From a virus (taxonomy: Duplodnaviria; Caudoviricetes), in the IMG/VR virus record IMGVR_UViG_3300009103_000130, positions 1 through 26,902 of that record: a stretch of 26,902 bases of DNA. One strand, 5' to 3'. The notes beneath the pieces are model-generated. The model was given only the letters and a program-made list of their open reading frames with translations, searched no databases and was not told the origin of the DNA. Position 1 is the stretch's first letter. Each line of letters begins with the position of its first letter. Shown here in pieces: positions 24,082 through 26,902 of this stretch. Position numbers and translations under genes: made by a program.

Positions 24082-24384
24082 ATGGCTAATTACACTTTTA
24101 CTAACAATGATGGAATAAAGTATAAGATCTTTAAAAAGAGACCTCATTACAGCTACAACGCTGATGGCCTATGTGATCCCCCAGATTACAAAGGCCCCAA
24201 GATACACATTGCCCCAGACCTCCCCCCTAAACGAGAAATGGCAGTCTTAACTGAAGAAATTTTTCACGCTTTCTTTTGGGACGTACCCGAAAAACAAGTT
24301 AGGAGATTCTGTAGTACGCTGACAAACATCTTACATAAAGATGGATGGAGGCAAACGGTCCAATGCTTTAACAAAGAAGACTAA
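24082..24384 (+). CDS. Small zincin-like (HExxH-type) protein with a degenerate motif
   Basis: GLCDPP...KIHIAPDL....AVLTEEIFHAFFWD follows the phage mini-metallopeptidase pattern, but reads EExxH rather than HExxH. Confidence 0.55.
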   Translation: MANYTFTNNDGIKYKIFKKRPHYSYNADGLCDPPDYKGPKIHIAPDLPPKREMAVLTEEIFHAFFWDVPEKQVRRFCSTLTNILHKDGWRQTVQCFNKED

Positions 24385-25148
24385 CTAATAGTAGTCAAGT
24401 CTTTAAACTTAGTTACCAAGAATCTGACCAGCTCTGACCTAACCACATCGGTTTCGTCGAATTGAAAAGTATTTATTCCAAATTTTTTACTTTCTTTATC
24501 TGAGAAAAGGCCTTCTATTCTTTCAAATCCTCCCCTAGCTCCATTTTTTAAATCTGTTTGAGCAGGGTCAGCTAAAACAAAGCATTTAGAACTCATGCCT
24601 AATCTAGTTAAAACAGTCACTATTTCTTTTACGGTACTATTTTGACACTCGTCAAATATTAAACACTTAGAGTTCCAACTCATACCTCTACAAAAATTAA
24701 CAGGATAAGTCGATACTCTCTCATCTTTTTGTAATTTTTTTATTACATTGGGGCATATAAGCTCTTCCATTTTATGTAAAAAAGGTAAATTATAAAAATG
24801 AAGCTTTTGATCGGCATCCCCGGGAAGAAAACCCATCCTAGAGTCAGAGCTTTCTACCGCAGACCTAATATAAACTATTTCGGAAACCTTCCCCTCGCTT
24901 AGTAAGTGCAAGGCGCAATACACACTTAGTAGAGTTTTAGAACATCCCGCTGGCCCTTTGGCAAAAAGTATCTTAGACTCCTTGCTTAGAGCTATTTTGA
25001 TAAATTCTTTTTGTTTTTTGGTCCAGTCAAAGTTTTCTATGTGAAACTTATCTCTGTGTCTAATAGGCTCTCGTTGCAAAGCTCTGCCTTGCGGATTATC
25101 CAGATCTTCCAGAGAACTGGCCAACTGGTCAAGTTTAACTCTAGGCAT
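24381..25148 (-). CDS. phoH: PhoH-family ATPase
   Basis: GPAGCSKT, IRSAVES..GFLPGD...K, RGMSW, DECQN, LTRLG, DPAQTDL and DVVRSELVR. Confidence 0.9.
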   Translation of the reverse strand: MPRVKLDQLASSLEDLDNPQGRALQREPIRHRDKFHIENFDWTKKQKEFIKIALSKESKILFAKGPAGCSKTLLSVYCALHLLSEGKVSEIVYIRSAVESSDSRMGFLPGDADQKLHFYNLPFLHKMEELICPNVIKKLQKDERVSTYPVNFCRGMSWNSKCLIFDECQNSTVKEIVTVLTRLGMSSKCFVLADPAQTDLKNGARGGFERIEGLFSDKESKKFGINTFQFDETDVVRSELVRFLVTKFKDLTTIS

Positions 25149-25168
25149 GATATATAACTATTTCGCTC

Positions 25169-25483
25169 TTATTCTGTATCCATCGGTGCTATCTTCTTTT
25201 CGAGTCTTAGACCTTTAATGTCTTCATTTGCTATATCTACTCGGGTTTTAGTGTCTGCAAAATAGAAAGTTGTAGATCTCATTCCAACTCTTACTACCCT
25301 GCAGGCTCGTCCACCCATACTGTAGACATCGTCAGTCTTTATTCCTCCGAAAAGAGACATTGATACTGCAGCTGCGAAGCTAGTTATAGTCTCTTTGAAA
25401 ATTAAACCCGCCGCTCCCGCGATGAGCAACCAACCGTGTTCGCCGATAAAATTTTGACCGGCATTAGCGATTTGATCTTCCAT
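25169..25483 (-). CDS. Minimal MscS-like membrane protein (TM3-like helix + beta domain), paralog A
   Basis: GWLLIAGAAGLIFKETITSFAAAV...KTDDVYSMGGRACRVVRVGMRSTTF...RVDIANE follows the MscS TM3/beta-domain pattern. ATG 25483 lies 11 nt after GTGTAT. Confidence 0.6.
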   Translation of the reverse strand: MEDQIANAGQNFIGEHGWLLIAGAAGLIFKETITSFAAAVSMSLFGGIKTDDVYSMGGRACRVVRVGMRSTTFYFADTKTRVDIANEDIKGLRLEKKIAPMDTE

Positions 25484-25494
25484 ATACAATATAT

Positions 25495-25523
25495 ATACAC
25501 CAATTTCCTAATTAGAGGTGTAA
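25495..25523. promoter_or_regulatory. Back-to-back putative late promoters: GTGTAT on - (25500-25495) and GTGTAA on + (25518-25523)
   Basis: Two outward-facing motif copies 17 nt apart, 11 and 14 nt from their respective ATGs. Confidence 0.6.
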
Positions 25524-25537
25524 TTATTTGTTTAGAG

Positions 25538-25993
25538 ATGGATGACATAAACTTGGTTTCAGGCAAAATCCTTGGTCTGGCCCACAATACTCCCGAATTT
25601 CAACAAGCTATAGAGCAGTTAATGGGCTCTTACGGCTGGCTTGTGCTTTTAGCTTTTTTGGGCATTTTATTTAAAGATGCGATTCATAAAGCTGCAGAAG
25701 GCTTTTTAGTTTGTGTAGGTAAAGATTTCTGCAATGACGATGTATTGTATATTTCTGGAAGACAAGCACGTATAGTTCGCGTCGGTTTTCTTAAAACGAT
25801 TTTTTACATGACCGATAGAGGAACTAAAATGATCGTCCCAAATGACAGGCTAAAATTACTAGTTATAGAGAAGAAACTTCCCCTAAATGGAGGCTTCCCT
25901 TACTTACATAAAGGTGGAGAACAAGGGTTTGAAGAGCAAAGAGCCATAAGGGATAAAATGAAAGAAATCCCAAAGTTAGGGGACGAAAAGTAA
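25538..25993 (+). CDS. Minimal MscS-like membrane protein, paralog B
   Basis: GWLVLLAFLGILFKDAIHKAAEGF...FCNDDVLYISGRQARIVRVGFLKTIF...KMIVPND aligns by eye with paralog A. Start reassigned to ATG 25538. Confidence 0.65.
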   Translation: MDDINLVSGKILGLAHNTPEFQQAIEQLMGSYGWLVLLAFLGILFKDAIHKAAEGFLVCVGKDFCNDDVLYISGRQARIVRVGFLKTIFYMTDRGTKMIVPNDRLKLLVIEKKLPLNGGFPYLHKGGEQGFEEQRAIRDKMKEIPKLGDEK

Positions 25994-26000
25994 AAAACAT

Positions 26001-26006
26001 GTGTAT
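26001..26006 (+). promoter_or_regulatory. Putative late promoter core GTGTAT
   Basis: GTGTATTTAAAGAAAGTCAAAA-ATG(26023). Confidence 0.5.
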
Positions 26007-26022
26007 TTAAAGAAAGTCAAAA

Positions 26023-26277
26023 ATGGAGATAAATAACGCAATAGACATAATTTTTGGTATAGCTGCATTCTTTATTGGTTGGACAATGAAACGTTTGTTT
26101 CAAAATATAGACAACCTCTGGAAAAAGCATGACGAGATGACCGATAAGGTCGCCCAGATGGCAGTCGAAATGCCGAAGCAGTATGTCACAAAAAGTGACT
26201 TAACAAGAGCTATAGACGTTATTCATTCCAGATTTGACAAATTAGAGGAAAAGTTGGAAAAACATTTCCGCCCCTAG
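26023..26277 (+). CDS. Single-TM plus coiled-coil small membrane protein (holin/lysis-accessory-like)
   Basis: N-terminal hydrophobic IIFGIAAFFIGW, then a coiled coil with YVTKSD and RFDKLEEKLE, an architecture common near phage lysis genes. Confidence 0.55.
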   Translation: MEINNAIDIIFGIAAFFIGWTMKRLFQNIDNLWKKHDEMTDKVAQMAVEMPKQYVTKSDLTRAIDVIHSRFDKLEEKLEKHFRP

Positions 26278-26308
26278 AGTAGTTTGAGTATCTAGCGAGG
26301 GGGGCGAC

Positions 26309-26542
26309 TTAGATCTCTCTGACTTTGAAATTTTTGAGTAGAACATTTGTCATATTTTGAAAATCTATTTTATTTTCTTTTGTCATTTGCTCTATTTTTG
26401 CTAAAGCCCCGTTAGGGTCAGAGGGCTCTGTATTTTGATTTAAATCGCTCTCAAACTGATTTACATCAATATCTTCGTCAAATGTTAATCCAACTACGGC
26501 CTCGTGAGAAGCCTCCCAAGTGATAATAACCTTCTTTGCCAT
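26309..26542 (-). CDS. Hypothetical protein
   Basis: 77-aa ORF with ATG start that fills the gap between neighbours; no recognisable motif. Confidence 0.6.
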   Translation of the reverse strand: MAKKVIITWEASHEAVVGLTFDEDIDVNQFESDLNQNTEPSDPNGALAKIEQMTKENKIDFQNMTNVLLKNFKVREI

Positions 26543-26558
26543 CGGGTTGTTATATTTA

Positions 26559-26583
26559 TTTTTTTTGTTTTAAACAAAAAAAA
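26559..26583. repeat. AT-rich inverted repeat in the divergent intergenic region
   Basis: TTTTTTTTGTTT-T-AAACAAAAAAAA, 12-bp arms with a 1-nt centre. Confidence 0.6.
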
Positions 26584-26603
26584 ACGTATAAGAAATAGAA
26601 GGC

Positions 26604-26902
26604 ATGTTCAATATGTTTAGAAGATTATTTAGCAGGAATCGCCAATGCCCCAAGTGTGGCTTTGCTGGCGCAGCTAGAGAGTTCAAGAGAGTAAAAATGA
26701 CAACTAATTATACATCGCAAGGTTCGAACGGTAGTAACGGTAGTAACGGTTCATCGGGTAGCCCAAGCTCCAGTGGAAGTGCTGGCACGTCTGGTTCTCC
26801 AGCGCCATCTAGTTCCGGTGGTAGTGATGGTACGTCTGGCTCTCCAGCACCATCTAGTTCCGGTGGTAGTGATGGTACGTCTGGCTCTCCAGCACCATCT
26901 AG
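26604..26902 (+). CDS. Gly/Ser/Pro-rich repeat protein with N-terminal CxxC, running off the right edge
   Basis: Not in the ORF track. MFNMFRRLFSRNRQCPKCGFAGAAREFKRVKMTTNYTSQGSNGSNGSNGSSGSPSSSGSAGTSGSPAPSSSGGSDGTSG... is open to the end of the window. Alternative start at ATG 26697. Confidence 0.7.
   Translation, partial: MFNMFRRLFSRNRQCPKCGFAGAAREFKRVKMTTNYTSQGSNGSNGSNGSSGSPSSSGSAGTSGSPAPSSSGGSDGTSGSPAPSSSGGSDGTSGSPAPS
26784..26902 (+). repeat. 45-bp coding tandem repeat (GTSGSPAPSSSGGSD), at least 2.6 copies
   Basis: Copies start at 26784, 26829 and 26874. Copies 2 and 3 are identical over the visible span; copy 1 differs only at synonymous sites. Confidence 0.9.

Noticed and set aside
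24022-24147. N-terminal extension of the Zn-ribbon ORF as given in the ORF track
   Set aside because: It overlaps the divergent gene and the promoter-like motifs. ATG 24021 is the better start.
25402-25587. ORF 25402..25587 and the 25436 start of the plus-strand ORF
   Set aside because: Both cross the divergent promoter gap and the opposite gene. Paralog alignment and motif spacing support starts at 25483 (-) and 25538 (+).
26269-26306. GC-rich imperfect hairpin between convergent genes as a terminator
   Set aside because: The stem is bulged with a long loop and there is no U-tract on either strand, so it is too weak to call.
1-26902. Stop-codon reassignment, tRNAs, introns or inteins
   Set aside because: Genes tile densely under the standard code with TAA, TAG and TGA all used as stops. 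TerL and portal look uninterrupted, and no intergenic gap shows a cloverleaf.

Overview
This window looks like part of a large, AT-rich tailed dsDNA phage genome (Caudoviricetes) read in the standard genetic code. The host cannot be determined from the sequence. Most genes are on the minus strand. From right to left it holds: a PhoH-family ATPase; a tightly coupled operon of Zn-ribbon protein, phage sigma factor, putative TerS, ERCC4/XPF nuclease and TerL; a head module (Ser-Gly-rich fibre, portal, tubulin/FtsZ-family GTPase, prohead protease-scaffold, decoration protein, major capsid protein); Ser-Gly-rich and LamG-type virion proteins; and an ATGA-coupled glycosyltransferase operon. That operon carries three GT9/AAH-TibC-like protein O-glycosyltransferase domains plus GT4 and GT2 domains, and sits directly upstream of a (Gly-Ser-Ser)n collagen-like gene. 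The best candidate for a new system is phage-encoded O-glycosylation of its own virion proteins at abundant Ser-Gly/Thr-Gly sites. Other notable points are a recurrent GTGTAW motif 10-45 nt upstream of many genes (candidate late promoter), a tubulin gene 3 nt behind the portal gene, and a divergent pair of paralogous minimal MscS-like membrane proteins. All family calls come from reading motifs by eye; no database search was run.
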